NCBI RefSeq assembly: GCF_035276945.1
Contig: NZ_DATELF010000096.1
Coordinates: 24,933 to 88,932, forward strand
Direction: 5' to 3'
Length of the DNA stretch: 64,000 bases
DNA from: Amycolatopsis sp.
Lineage (GTDB): Bacteria > Actinomycetota > Actinomycetes > Mycobacteriales > Pseudonocardiaceae
Shown one piece after another: positions 8,988 to 17,704 of this stretch. The first letter of the stretch is position 1; the number at the start of each line of letters is the position of its first letter. The notes beneath the pieces were generated by a model. The model searched no databases, had not been told where the DNA came from, and was given only the letters and a program-made list of their open reading frames with translations. Both the position numbers and the translations under genes were made by a program.

Positions 8988-10477
8988 GACTCACTCCCCG
9001 CGTCGTTCCCCGATCCGGCGGGCGGTCGCGTCACCATGACGGTGTGCGCCTCGGCCAGCGGCGCCTGCGCCACCGCCCTGAGCTTCGGTTTCGGTGCGGG
9101 CCGGCGCGCCGCGTCGGAGATCCGCAGCAGCAGCGCGACCAGGATGTAGTTGGCCAGCAGGGAAGAACCGCCGTAGGAGATGAACGGGGTGGTGATACCC
9201 GTCATCGGAATCAGCTTGGTGACCCCGCCGACGATCACGAACACCTGCATCACGACGGCGAAGGAAAGCCCGGCGCCGAGCAGCTTGCCGAACGTGTCGC
9301 GCACGGCCAGCGCGCTGCGCATGCCACGGGTGGCGAGCAGCAGGTACACGACCAGGATCGCGGCCAGCCCGACGAAGCCGAGTTCCTCGCCGAGACCGGC
9401 GGTGATGAAGTCGGAGTTGGCCTCCGGCACGATGTCCGGTCGTCCCCCGCCGAGCCCGGTGCCGCCGACGCCGCCCGTGCCCAGGCCGAACAACCCCTGG
9501 GCGACCTGGTAGCCACCACCGTCGTCGTAGTAGGTCGCCAGCGGGTCGATCCAGTTCGCCACCCGCTGCTGGACGTGCGTGAACAGGTTGTAGGCGAGGA
9601 CGCAGCCGACGGCGAAGAACAGCAGCCCCACCGCGACCCAGATGCCGCGCTCGGTCGCCACGTAGACCATCACCAGCACGATGCCGAACAGCAGCAGCGA
9701 CTGGCCGAGGTCCTTCTCGAACATCAGGATGCCCATGGCGGCGACCGCGGCGATCAGGATCGGGCCGAGGTCGCGCCCCCGCGGCAGCTCCACGCCCAGG
9801 ACCTTCTTGCCCGCCACCATGAACAGGTCCCGTTTGGTGACCAGGAAGGACGCGAAGAAGATCAACAGCAGGATCTTGGCGAACTCACCCGGCTGGATGG
9901 AGATCCCGGGCAGCTTGATCCACACCTTGGCGCCGTTCACCTGCGACAGCGACGCGGGCAGGATCGCGGGCAGGGCCAGCGCGATCACTCCGAGCAGGCC
10001 GCTGATGTAGCCGTAGCGGGTGAGCGTCCGGTGGTCCTTCACGAGGATGAGCACGGCCAGGAACAGCACCAGCGCGAGCGTGGTGAACAGCACCTGTTTG
10101 GGGGCGGTTGAGGCGTAGGCTCTGCCGTTCTGGATCGCCCGCTCCTGCAATGCCAGGTCGAGCCGGTAGATCATCACCAGGCCGAGGCCGTTGAGCAGGG
10201 CCACACAGGGCAGGATCAGCGGATCCGCGTAGGGCGCCCACCGGCGCACCGCGAAGTGCGCGACGGCGAACAGCGCCAGATAGGCCAGGCCGTACCACAG
10301 GATCGACCAGGACAGCTCCTGCTCCTGGTTGACCTGCACCAGCACGAACGCACAGGTCACGATCAAGGCCGCGAAACCGAGCATAACGAGTTCCGTGCCA
10401 CGCCGGGTCGGTAGCTCGCGCTGCGGGTTGGTCTGGTAGATGGCAGCCGCCTGCTCGGACAGTGGAGGCCTGGTCAT
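8984..10477 (-). CDS. rodA: FtsW/RodA/SpoVE family peptidoglycan glycosyltransferase
   Basis: Polytopic SEDS protein whose stop overlaps the pbpA start. Its position is as for Mtb Rv0017c. Confidence 0.9.
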   Translation of the reverse strand: MTRPPLSEQAAAIYQTNPQRELPTRRGTELVMLGFAALIVTCAFVLVQVNQEQELSWSILWYGLAYLALFAVAHFAVRRWAPYADPLILPCVALLNGLGLVMIYRLDLALQERAIQNGRAYASTAPKQVLFTTLALVLFLAVLILVKDHRTLTRYGYISGLLGVIALALPAILPASLSQVNGAKVWIKLPGISIQPGEFAKILLLIFFASFLVTKRDLFMVAGKKVLGVELPRGRDLGPILIAAVAAMGILMFEKDLGQSLLLFGIVLVMVYVATERGIWVAVGLLFFAVGCVLAYNLFTHVQQRVANWIDPLATYYDDGGGYQVAQGLFGLGTGGVGGTGLGGGRPDIVPEANSDFITAGLGEELGFVGLAAILVVYLLLATRGMRSALAVRDTFGKLLGAGLSFAVVMQVFVIVGGVTKLIPMTGITTPFISYGGSSLLANYILVALLLRISDAARRPAPKPKLRAVAQAPLAEAHTVMVTRPPAGSGNDAGSES

Positions 10478-11844
10478 CCGCCACCGCCACCCGGCGCGGT
10501 CGAAGACTGGCAGTCCCTCCCCGCTTGGTCACTGGCCGAGGTCGACGCCGGGGGCAGAGTCGTGGGCGGGGGAGGCGCCGAAGAGGCTCCCTGCCCGGCC
10601 GGCTGGGAGGGGGCGCAGTCCTGGAGTGTCTTGTACCGCAGGAAGTTGTTGATGTAGTCACGCGAGGCCTGCAGGCTGTCCTTCTTCACACCGTTGCGGA
10701 CCGCGGTCTGCGCGTCCTGCTGCAGTTGCGTGACCAGCAGCTTGTCGCACATCGTGCTGCCCGCCGGGCAGGACCCTTCGGCCTGCTCGTGCAGCTGGAT
10801 CCCCAGCACGCTGCCCGGTACGCCCCGGAAGATCGCCACTTCGGAGTCGGTGCCCTCGCCGACGTAGTACTGGCTCAGCACGAAATAGCGGGTCGCGATG
10901 CCGCCCGCGGCCAGCAGGACCAGGACCAGGAAGATGCCCACGATCCAGCGCCACCGTTTGCGGCGCTTGGCCTTCGGATCGGGCGGCGGTTCGGTGAACT
11001 GCTGGGGTGGAGGCGGCGGTGGGGCGGTGAGCGCCCTGGCCCTCGCCGCCGGCGAGTCGCCCTGATGGTTGTACTCGTCACTGCCGTCCCCGGCGGCGCC
11101 GCCCACGATGGGCGCGTCCTCCCCGTAGGCCACGTCGACCACGTCGGCGACGATCACCGTGACGTTGTCCGTGCCACCGCCCTTGAGCGCGAGTTCGATC
11201 ATCCGGTCCGCGCACTCCTGCGGGTCCGGGATCTGGATCGCCTCGGCCAGCGTCTCGTCGCTGACCATGCCGGACAGCCCGTCCGAACAGAGCAGGTAGC
11301 GGTCGCCAGCCCGGGCCTCGCGCACGACGAACGTGGGCTCGACCTCATGCCCGGTCAGCGCCTTCAGCAGCAGCGAGCGCTGCGGATGGGTGGCGGCCTG
11401 GTCCGCGGTGATCCGGCCCTGCTCGAGCAACTCGTTGACGAAACTGTCGTCCCGGGTGATCTGGGCGAACTGCCCGTTCCGGAACAGGTAGGCACGGGAG
11501 TCGCCGACATGCACCATGCCCATGCGCGAGCCGGAGAACAGCATCGCGGTGAGTGTCGTGCCCATGCCGTCGAGATCGGGGTCGTTGGCCACCAGTTCGG
11601 AGATCGCCGCGTTCCCACCGGAAACCGCCTCTCTGAGCTGGTACAGCAGATCGTCGCCCGGTTCGTCGTCGTCGAGCGGGGCGAGGGAGGCGATGACGAC
11701 TTTGCTCGCCACCTCACCCGCGGCATGGCCACCCATGCCGTCGGCGAGTGCGAGCAGGCGGGGGCCCGCGTACACCGAGTCCTGGTTGCTTGACCGCACC
11801 AGGCCCCGGTCACTGCGGGCCGCGTAGCGAAGAACGAGTGTCAT
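10474..11844 (-). CDS. pstP: PP2C-family Ser/Thr phosphatase PstP
   Basis: Begins MTLVLRYAARSDRGLVRSSNQDS, has the ADGMGGH PP2C motifs, then a TM helix and an extracellular tail. Confidence 0.9.
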   Translation of the reverse strand: MTLVLRYAARSDRGLVRSSNQDSVYAGPRLLALADGMGGHAAGEVASKVVIASLAPLDDDEPGDDLLYQLREAVSGGNAAISELVANDPDLDGMGTTLTAMLFSGSRMGMVHVGDSRAYLFRNGQFAQITRDDSFVNELLEQGRITADQAATHPQRSLLLKALTGHEVEPTFVVREARAGDRYLLCSDGLSGMVSDETLAEAIQIPDPQECADRMIELALKGGGTDNVTVIVADVVDVAYGEDAPIVGGAAGDGSDEYNHQGDSPAARARALTAPPPPPPQQFTEPPPDPKAKRRKRWRWIVGIFLVLVLLAAGGIATRYFVLSQYYVGEGTDSEVAIFRGVPGSVLGIQLHEQAEGSCPAGSTMCDKLLVTQLQQDAQTAVRNGVKKDSLQASRDYINNFLRYKTLQDCAPSQPAGQGASSAPPPPTTLPPASTSASDQAGRDCQSSTAPGGGGG

Positions 11845-12308
11845 GGGCGAAGCTCGATCACCGTCTTACCGATCCGGATGGGGACGCCGAGTGGAACTCG
11901 GAGGGGTGCAGTGACCTTAGCCCGGTCCAGGTATGTCCCGTTGGTCGATCCCAGATCTTCCACATACCAGTCCGTACCGCGTAGGGACAGCCGCGCGTGC
12001 CGGGTGGAAGCGTAGTCGTCGTCGAGCACCAACGTGGAGTCGTCCGCACGGCCGATCGTGATGGGCCGGCCGTCGAGGGTGATCCGGGTGCCCGACAGCG
12101 CCCCGTGTGTCACGATCAGCTGGCGAGGGGCCTTGCTCGACCCACGCGGACGCTGCTGGTCCTTGTTCCGCCGCAGTCCCGGGACGGCCACCTTCAAGCC
12201 TGATGCCGCGTACAGATCTGACCGCACCACCCGCAACGCGGCCAGCACAAAAAGCCAGAGCAGGACCAGAAAGCCCACTCTGGTGAGTTGAACGACCAGC
12301 TCCGGCAC
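11841..12308 (-). CDS. fhaB: FHA domain protein FhaB/FipA
   Basis: N-terminal TM helix and a C-terminal FHA domain (GRADDSTLVLDD...STRHARL...GSTNGT). Confidence 0.85.
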   Translation of the reverse strand: MPELVVQLTRVGFLVLLWLFVLAALRVVRSDLYAASGLKVAVPGLRRNKDQQRPRGSSKAPRQLIVTHGALSGTRITLDGRPITIGRADDSTLVLDDDYASTRHARLSLRGTDWYVEDLGSTNGTYLDRAKVTAPLRVPLGVPIRIGKTVIELRP

Positions 12309-12534
12309 CTGTTGTGTCAGCTCCCGTGCTCATGGCGGCTGCGCGCAGCCGAGATGACGGAGCCGCACTCACGCGTCGACGAGTCTGCCGCCATGGTTGT
12401 CCGCACGTGGTCACCGCCTCCTGCATTCCCGCCCGCGGCACAGGTACGCACCGCAGGACCCCCGACGGTAATTCTGCGGGACACGCCAATCGGATCTTCC
12501 AGCGGCTCACGTAACGAGTGTGCTCGCCGTGGTG

Positions 12535-13791
12535 TCAGCCCTGGGTACGGAACACCAGCGACGAGTGCCCGACCCTGATCACGTCACCGTCGGCCAGCTG
12601 CCAGGTCTGCACCGGAGTGCCGTTGACCGTGGTGCCGTTGGTCGAGCCGATGTCGGCCAGCGTCGCGCTCTGGCCGTCCCAGGTGATCTCCAGGTGGCGG
12701 CGGGAAACGCCGGTGTCCGGCAGCCGGAAGTCCGCGTCCTGGCCACGGCCGACCACGTTGCCGCCCTGCTTCAGCGAGTAGGCGCGGTTCGAGCCGTCGT
12801 CCAACTGCAGCGTCGCGGCGAGCTGGCGGTTGCCGCCCTGCACGGCGGGCGGAGCGTAGCCCTGCTGCGCGTATGGGTCCGGGGCGCCCTGAGGCGGGTA
12901 ACCAGGAGCCTGGGCCGGGGGAGCGCCGTAGCCGGGCTGGCCGCCGTAGCCGCCCTGGTCGTAACCCGGTTGCTGGCCGCCATAGCCCTGGTCATAACCC
13001 GGCTGCCCGCCGTAGCCCTGGTCATAGCCCGGTTGCTGGCCGCCATAGCCGCCGCCCTGGTCGTAGCCGGGCTGCTGGCCGCCATAGCCGCCACCCTGGT
13101 CGTAACCCGGTTGCTGGCCGCCGTAGCCCTGGTCATAGCCCGGTTGCTGCCCGCCGTAGCCGCCGGCCTGGTCGTAACCTGGTTGCTGGCCGCCGTAGCC
13201 GCCACCCTGGTCGTAACCCGGTTGCTGGCCGCCGTAGCCGCCACCCTGGTCGTACCCGGGTTGTCCCTGCTGTCCGTAGCCGTACTGGCCGCCATGCTGC
13301 TGACCGTAGGGGTCACCCTGGTCGTATTGGCCGTAGCCGGGGGGCTGGCTCATTGCTGGGTCTCCTGCGTTGCTGGGTCGTGCTGGCCGTCCTGGACCCG
13401 GGGCGTCACGTGCGCTGACGTCCGGATCGACGGATGAACGGGTTTTGAATTGTCCAGTATGCAGCGCCTCGTTGCGCTCGAGCGAGACTATGACGTCACC
13501 ATAGGTGTCCCAGCCGTGCTCGGCGAGATGCTGTGCCACCGCTTCCGCGAGCACGTGAGTGACGCGCCTCTCGTCACCGGCCATCCGGACATGATCCTCC
13601 GCCCCCAACGACACGATGTAGTGGTTCGGGGCGAGCAGCCTGCCACCGGCCAGCTCACGAACGTTGTCCTCACTCTCGCGCTCCAGGGCCAGGGCCACCT
13701 CCTGGGTGACGACCTTGCCTCCGAACATGCGCGCGAAGGCGTTGCCCATCAGGCTTTCCAGGCGTCGATCGAAACGTTCAACGCGGCCCAC
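12535..13791 (-). CDS. fhaA: FhaA (DUF3662 N-domain plus C-terminal FHA domain)
   Basis: Begins [25 protein letters not shown] and has a C-terminal FHA domain (VSRRHLEI...GSTNGT). A very long Gly/Tyr/Gln/Pro linker separates the two domains. Confidence 0.9.
   Translation of the reverse strand: MGRVERFDRRLESLMGNAFARMFGGKVVTQEVALALERESEDNVRELAGGRLLAPNHYIVSLGAEDHVRMAGDERRVTHVLAEAVAQHLAEHGWDTYGDVIVSLERNEALHTGQFKTRSSVDPDVSARDAPGPGRPARPSNAGDPAMSQPPGYGQYDQGDPYGQQHGGQYGYGQQGQPGYDQGGGYGGQQPGYDQGGGYGGQQPGYDQAGGYGGQQPGYDQGYGGQQPGYDQGGGYGGQQPGYDQGGGYGGQQPGYDQGYGGQPGYDQGYGGQQPGYDQGGYGGQPGYGAPPAQAPGYPPQGAPDPYAQQGYAPPAVQGGNRQLAATLQLDDGSNRAYSLKQGGNVVGRGQDADFRLPDTGVSRRHLEITWDGQSATLADIGSTNGTTVNGTPVQTWQLADGDVIRVGHSSLVFRTQG
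12928..13266 (-). repeat. In-frame tandem repeat encoding about ten GG(G)[10 protein letters not shown] units in the FhaA linker
   Basis: A repeated 33-36-nt DNA unit (ggccgccgtagccgccaccctggtcgtaacccggttgct on the + strand). The wider low-complexity region spans about 12844-13347. Confidence 0.85.
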
Positions 13792-13921
13792 CGGGACTCG
13801 CAGCCTCCTTCACGCGTGTGCTTTCGCACCCGATCCTATCGGCATCGTGGGGGTAAGACACCGGCCCCGGTAAAACCGTCTTCAGCGGCCTGCTACGCTG
13901 TGTTGGCTGTCGCGGTGACTC

Positions 13922-14004
13922 GGGCGAGTGGCGGAATGGCAGACGCGCACGGTTCAGGTCCGTGTGTCCGAAAGGACGTGAGGGTTCAACTCCCTCCTCG
14001 CCCA
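13922..14004 (+). tRNA. tRNA-Leu (anticodon CAG)
   Basis: Manual fold: 7-bp acceptor stem GGGCGAG/CTCGCCC with discriminator A, D-arm GGCGGAATGGCAGA, anticodon stem-loop cacgg-TTCAGGT-ccgtg, a long variable arm and T-arm GGTTCAACTCC. No CCA is encoded. The position after fhaA matches leuT in Mtb. Confidence 0.9.
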
Positions 14005-14072
14005 CTTCGGGCCGACGACGAAATCGGCCCGCTCGGACCGACGTTTTTGCTGGTCTGATCCAGATGAGTTGT

Positions 14073-14110
14073 GACAGTGAAGGCGCCGCGACTGCGGCGC
14101 CTTCACTGTC
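14073..14110. terminator. Perfect 17-bp stem / 4-nt loop hairpin downstream of tRNA-Leu
   Basis: gacagtgaaggcgccgc-gact-gcggcgccttcactgtc. It starts 69 nt after the tRNA 3' end and has no T-tract. Confidence 0.5.
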
Positions 14111-14260
14111 CCTGGACTGGGGTTGGTGTCCGGAGGCGGATGGGTGTTCGCGCGAGTCGGTGTGGTCCGGGTCTCAGCTTGTTGCGGGTTTCCAGTCGGT
14201 GAGTGGCCGGGTTGCGCGTCGGCGCGGGCGTCGTCGGGGTGGTTGCGTGGGGTCGGCCGG

Positions 14261-14578
14261 GTGGGCATCTCGCCAGTGCGCGCGGTCATCCTGGTCAAGT
14301 TCATCGCCGCCATGGCCGCTGCAATCGCGGCCTTCGGCACCGCCGTTTTCTCGTGGGCCGGCGCCGCGCTGGTCGTCGAGGAAGCGGGCGTCAACAGCGG
14401 CCTGATCTGGGCAGCAATCGGCGCCCTGGGAACCCAGGCCCAGCAGCTGATCGGTCTGCATGGTGAGACAATCGACAACAGCACATTCCCTGGCGGGCAC
14501 TGGCCCGACCCCATCGCCGGCTCGTTCAACGACGGCAGCGTCAAAGACGGCCACGCCGACTGGTCACTGAACAAGTAG
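14261..14578 (+). CDS. Hypothetical small membrane/secreted protein (88-105 aa depending on start)
   Basis: High GC3 in this frame. It has Ala/Gly-rich TM segments with GxxxG-like spacing, then a polar tail ...HGETIDNSTFPGGHWPDPIAGSFNDGSVKDGHADWSLNK. Candidate starts are GTG 14261, GTG 14276 and ATG 14312. I recognise no family. Confidence 0.45.
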   Translation: MGISPVRAVILVKFIAAMAAAIAAFGTAVFSWAGAALVVEEAGVNSGLIWAAIGALGTQAQQLIGLHGETIDNSTFPGGHWPDPIAGSFNDGSVKDGHADWSLNK

Positions 14579-14822
14579 GAGTTTACGGCCGGTCGGGAAC
14601 GGTCGGTGGCTTCGGGGCGGCGGTTTCCTGATTATGCTGCCAGTGAGCCTTTTTCGTCCGATGGTGACTTCGTGTTTTTGTAGGACGTGGATGGCTTGGC
14701 GAGTCGGTCGTGGTGCGGCACTTGTCCCTCGACCCTGCCGGAACAGTCCGCGACGGGTAGCTGGGCACTTTCCTGCTCAGCCATCTGGCCAACCTGAGAA
14801 GCATCGACTTCGAAGTGAGCGT

Positions 14823-15728
14823 TCAGGGTGTCCAGTTCGCGTTCGCGCCGCACAGCAGGACGCACGGCAGTTCGCCCGGCACCTGGCCGTTCAACCAGGC
14901 GGCGAACGCGACCGCGCCGGCCGGCTCGACGGCCAGCCGGAATTCGTCCCACAGCCGGTCACGGGCGGCCAGGATTTCCTTTTCGCTCACGAGCACCGAG
15001 TTCACCGGGTGCTCGTGAGCGGACAGCACGGCGAACGGTTCCTCACCGACACGCGTGGCGCCGAGGGCCGAAGCCGTGACCGAGTCGACGTCGGCGTCGA
15101 CGGGTTTTCCGGCCGCCAACGCCTCGTGCAGGCCGTTGCAGTGGTCCGGCTCGACGGCGACGGTGAGCCTGCCACCCCCGCCCAGCGCGGTTCCCGCGGC
15201 GAGCCCACCACCGCCCGCGGCGACCACGATGGCGTCCACCTCGGGGGCGTCGCGGACGATTTCGGCAGCCACCGTGCCCTGGCCCGCGATCACCACGGGG
15301 TCGTTGTAGGCCTCGACGTACCGGACGTCCGGATCGGTCGCCGCCTCCTGTGCCGTGGCCGCCGCTTCGGCATAGGTTGCCCCGACACGAACCAGTCGCG
15401 CGCCCGCGGCTTCGATCCGCTCCGCCTTGTCCGCCGGTACGGTCCCGGGCACGTACACCGTCGCGGGCAGGCCGAGTATCGCCGCCGCCGTCGCGACGCC
15501 GATACCGTGGTTGCCGCCGGACGCGGTGATGACCTCTCGCGGGCGCTCGCCGCTCAGCAGGGCGTTGAGTGCACCCCGCAGCTTGAACGAACCGGTTCGC
15601 TGGAGGTGTTCGAGCTTGAGCACCAGCGGCCTGCCGTCGACTTCGGCCCGGAGCAGCGGGGTGTGGCGGACGTGCGGGCGGATACGGTCCTCGGCGGCTT
15701 TGACGTCGGCGAGCAGGGCAGTGGTCAT
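14823..15728 (-). CDS. PLP-dependent serine/threonine dehydratase family enzyme
   Basis: It carries the SFKLRG PLP-lysine motif and a GGGGL glycine loop. At 301 aa it has no regulatory ACT domain. Confidence 0.85.
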   Translation of the reverse strand: MTTALLADVKAAEDRIRPHVRHTPLLRAEVDGRPLVLKLEHLQRTGSFKLRGALNALLSGERPREVITASGGNHGIGVATAAAILGLPATVYVPGTVPADKAERIEAAGARLVRVGATYAEAAATAQEAATDPDVRYVEAYNDPVVIAGQGTVAAEIVRDAPEVDAIVVAAGGGGLAAGTALGGGGRLTVAVEPDHCNGLHEALAAGKPVDADVDSVTASALGATRVGEEPFAVLSAHEHPVNSVLVSEKEILAARDRLWDEFRLAVEPAGAVAFAAWLNGQVPGELPCVLLCGANANWTP

Positions 15729-15802
15729 GACTCCACTCTGCGCACCCCCGGCCGTTAGCTGCCAGCGCTTTCCACTAATCGAGTGTTAGCGATACTTACG
15801 AC

Positions 15803-16696
15803 GTGATTACCGCCGAACGGCTGAGGGCGCTGGTCGAGGTGGCGCACGCCGGGTCGATCACCACCGCCGCCCGGCGCATGGGATTCACCCCGTCGGCGCT
15901 GTCCCAGCAGCTCGCCCGGTTGGAGCGGGAGGTCGGCTGCACGCTGCTGGAACGGCGGCCCACCGGTGCCTCCCTCACCGAGGCGGGGCGGCTTCTCGTA
16001 CGGCACGGCGAAACGATCGCCGGTGAGTTGCGCGCGGCCGAACAGTCCGTGGCGGCGTTGAGAGAGCTGCCGCCCGCCGACCCCAGCGTCGGCACCTTCG
16101 CCACGGCCGGGCAGCTGCTCCTGCCGCAGGCGATGGCCGCCTTCCGCCGGGCGCATCCGGGCACCCGGCTGCGGCTCAGCGACCTCGAACCGCCGGACGG
16201 CTACGACCTGGTCGTCGCCGGTGACCTCGACCTGCTGATCACCCATCGATATCCGGCGGTCCGGCTGCCGCCGTCACGCGGGCTGATTCGCACACCGCTG
16301 TTGGCCGACCCGCTCCGGCTCGTGCTGCCCGCTGGCCATTCGCTCGCCAAAGCGTCGCGACTGAGGTTCGAGGATTTCGCCGGCGAAGACTGGATTTCGG
16401 GTGGTCCCCAAGCACCCAACCGGCTGTGCCTGGACGGGCTGACCGCCGAAACCGGTGTCGAGGTACGAGCCGCTTACGAATCGCGGGACTACGCGGTCAT
16501 CCTCGCGTTGGTGCGGGCCGGTTTGGGGGTGGCCTTCGTGCCGGCCACCGTGCTCGCCTCCGCCGACCACCAACGGATCGCGGTCCGCGACCTGGCCGGC
16601 CGCCGGCCCGCCCGCGAGATCTACACCGTGCACCGCACCCGGCCGCCCGCCCACGTGACGACGATGGTCGGCCTGCTGCACAACTTCGCTAGTTGA
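15803..16696 (+). CDS. LysR family transcriptional regulator
   Basis: N-terminal wHTH (GSITTAARRMGFTPSALSQQLARLE) and a LysR substrate domain. It is divergent from the dehydratase. Confidence 0.9.
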   Translation: MITAERLRALVEVAHAGSITTAARRMGFTPSALSQQLARLEREVGCTLLERRPTGASLTEAGRLLVRHGETIAGELRAAEQSVAALRELPPADPSVGTFATAGQLLLPQAMAAFRRAHPGTRLRLSDLEPPDGYDLVVAGDLDLLITHRYPAVRLPPSRGLIRTPLLADPLRLVLPAGHSLAKASRLRFEDFAGEDWISGGPQAPNRLCLDGLTAETGVEVRAAYESRDYAVILALVRAGLGVAFVPATVLASADHQRIAVRDLAGRRPAREIYTVHRTRPPAHVTTMVGLLHNFAS

Positions 16697-17063
16697 CCGC
16701 CACCAGGTCGACCACGAACACGAGCGTCTCACCTGGTTTGATCACGCCGCCCGCGCCGCGGTCGCCGTAGCCCAGTCGCGGCGGGATCACCAGCTTGCGC
16801 CGCCCGCCGACGCGCATCCCGGCCACGCCCTGATCCCAGCCCTGGATCACGTGTCCCTGGCCGAGCGGGAACCGCAGCGGCTGACCCCGGTTCCAGGAGG
16901 CGTCGAACTCCTCCCCGGTCGAGTGCGAGACGCCGACGTAGTGCACGGACACGACGTCGCCCGCCGCGGCTTCCGCGCCGTCGCCGACGCTGAGGTCGGT
17001 GATCTCCAGGTCCGCCGGCGGCGGACCTTCCGGACGGTCGACCTCGGGCCTTTCCAGTGCCAT
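16689..17063 (-). CDS. FKBP-type peptidyl-prolyl cis-trans isomerase
   Basis: 124 aa starting at the internal ATG (MALERPEV...). FKBP motifs are VHYVG, FDASWNRGQPLRFPLG and VIQGWDQG. The remaining 256 upstream codons of the 380-aa track ORF are non-coding read-through. Confidence 0.9.
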   Translation of the reverse strand: MALERPEVDRPEGPPPADLEITDLSVGDGAEAAAGDVVSVHYVGVSHSTGEEFDASWNRGQPLRFPLGQGHVIQGWDQGVAGMRVGGRRKLVIPPRLGYGDRGAGGVIKPGETLVFVVDLVAVN

Positions 17064-17089
17064 CAGTTCCTCCTCGTGTTGCGGTCGGT

Positions 17090-17332
17090 GCACGGTACCC
17101 ATCACCCATGCCTCCCGCGACTTGAGCGTCGAGCGAGACATCGGGAGGCCGGGACGACCACGACGCCGATGTGGTCGACGGCCTGCTCGCCCCGGTTGTC
17201 CGAGTGCCACCACGACGCCCTTGCTCAGGCCGGCCCGTGTGGTGAGGGAAGTCCATGCTCCACTGCCAGGGCGATTCGCCGTGCCCGGATGTTGCGGGCG
17301 AGGGTGGGCACCGGGCCTGCGCCCGAAGACAT
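17090..17332 (-). pseudogene. Frameshifted remnant of an XRE-family HTH regulator
   Basis: The HTH sequence is spread over three frames. Frame 1 reads MSSGAGPVPTLARNIRARRIALAVEH. A second frame reads WTSLTTRAGLSKGVVVALGQ. A third reads PSTTSA...DVSLDAQVAG. The remnant then runs into the FKBP start. Confidence 0.4.
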
Positions 17333-17361
17333 TTGAGAGAACCTTATGGTTTCTACAATGA

Positions 17362-17676
17362 CCGTCACCTCGAGGCGTATACGTCGGCCTGCCGAGACCG
17401 ATGCGGGCGAACGGCGACGAACCCTTCGACACGATGGCGAGCGGGGAGCCATTGACCGAGTACCCCGAACCCGGCGAGGTCGTCTGGCGTGACGACCAGG
17501 GCGTGACCTGCCGTCGATGGAACCACCGGCAGCGTGTGCGGACCCGATCGCGGGAAGACGGCAAGCGTGGGTCGTTCCTGCTGGAGAGGCTGGAGCCGAT
17601 GTCCGTACCCGCGCTCAAGGAGGCGGCCGACGACCTGGTGAGCAGGCTGAAAAGGCCCTCGCCCCGGGCGCCATGA
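17362..17676 (+). pseudogene. 5'-truncated remnant of a B3/B4 (PheT-related) domain protein
   Basis: Only the C-terminal ~105 aa are present, including ...EPFDTMASGEPLTEYPEPGEVVWRDDQGVTCRRWNHRQ.... This matches the conserved PGEVV..DD.GV.CRRWNWRQ core of a family that is normally about 230 aa. An in-frame stop lies at 17359. Confidence 0.5.
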
Positions 17677-17704
17677 TCGCGAACAGATTGATCGAGGAGA
17701 ACGC

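Noticed and set aside
14632-14784. 50-codon ORF (MAEQESAQLPVADCSG...) downstream of the dehydratase, considered as a small protein or RiPP precursor.
   Set aside because: GC3 is only about 67% against about 90% in real genes here. There is no RBS and no modifying enzymes nearby. It is mentioned only within the tRNA-flank finding.
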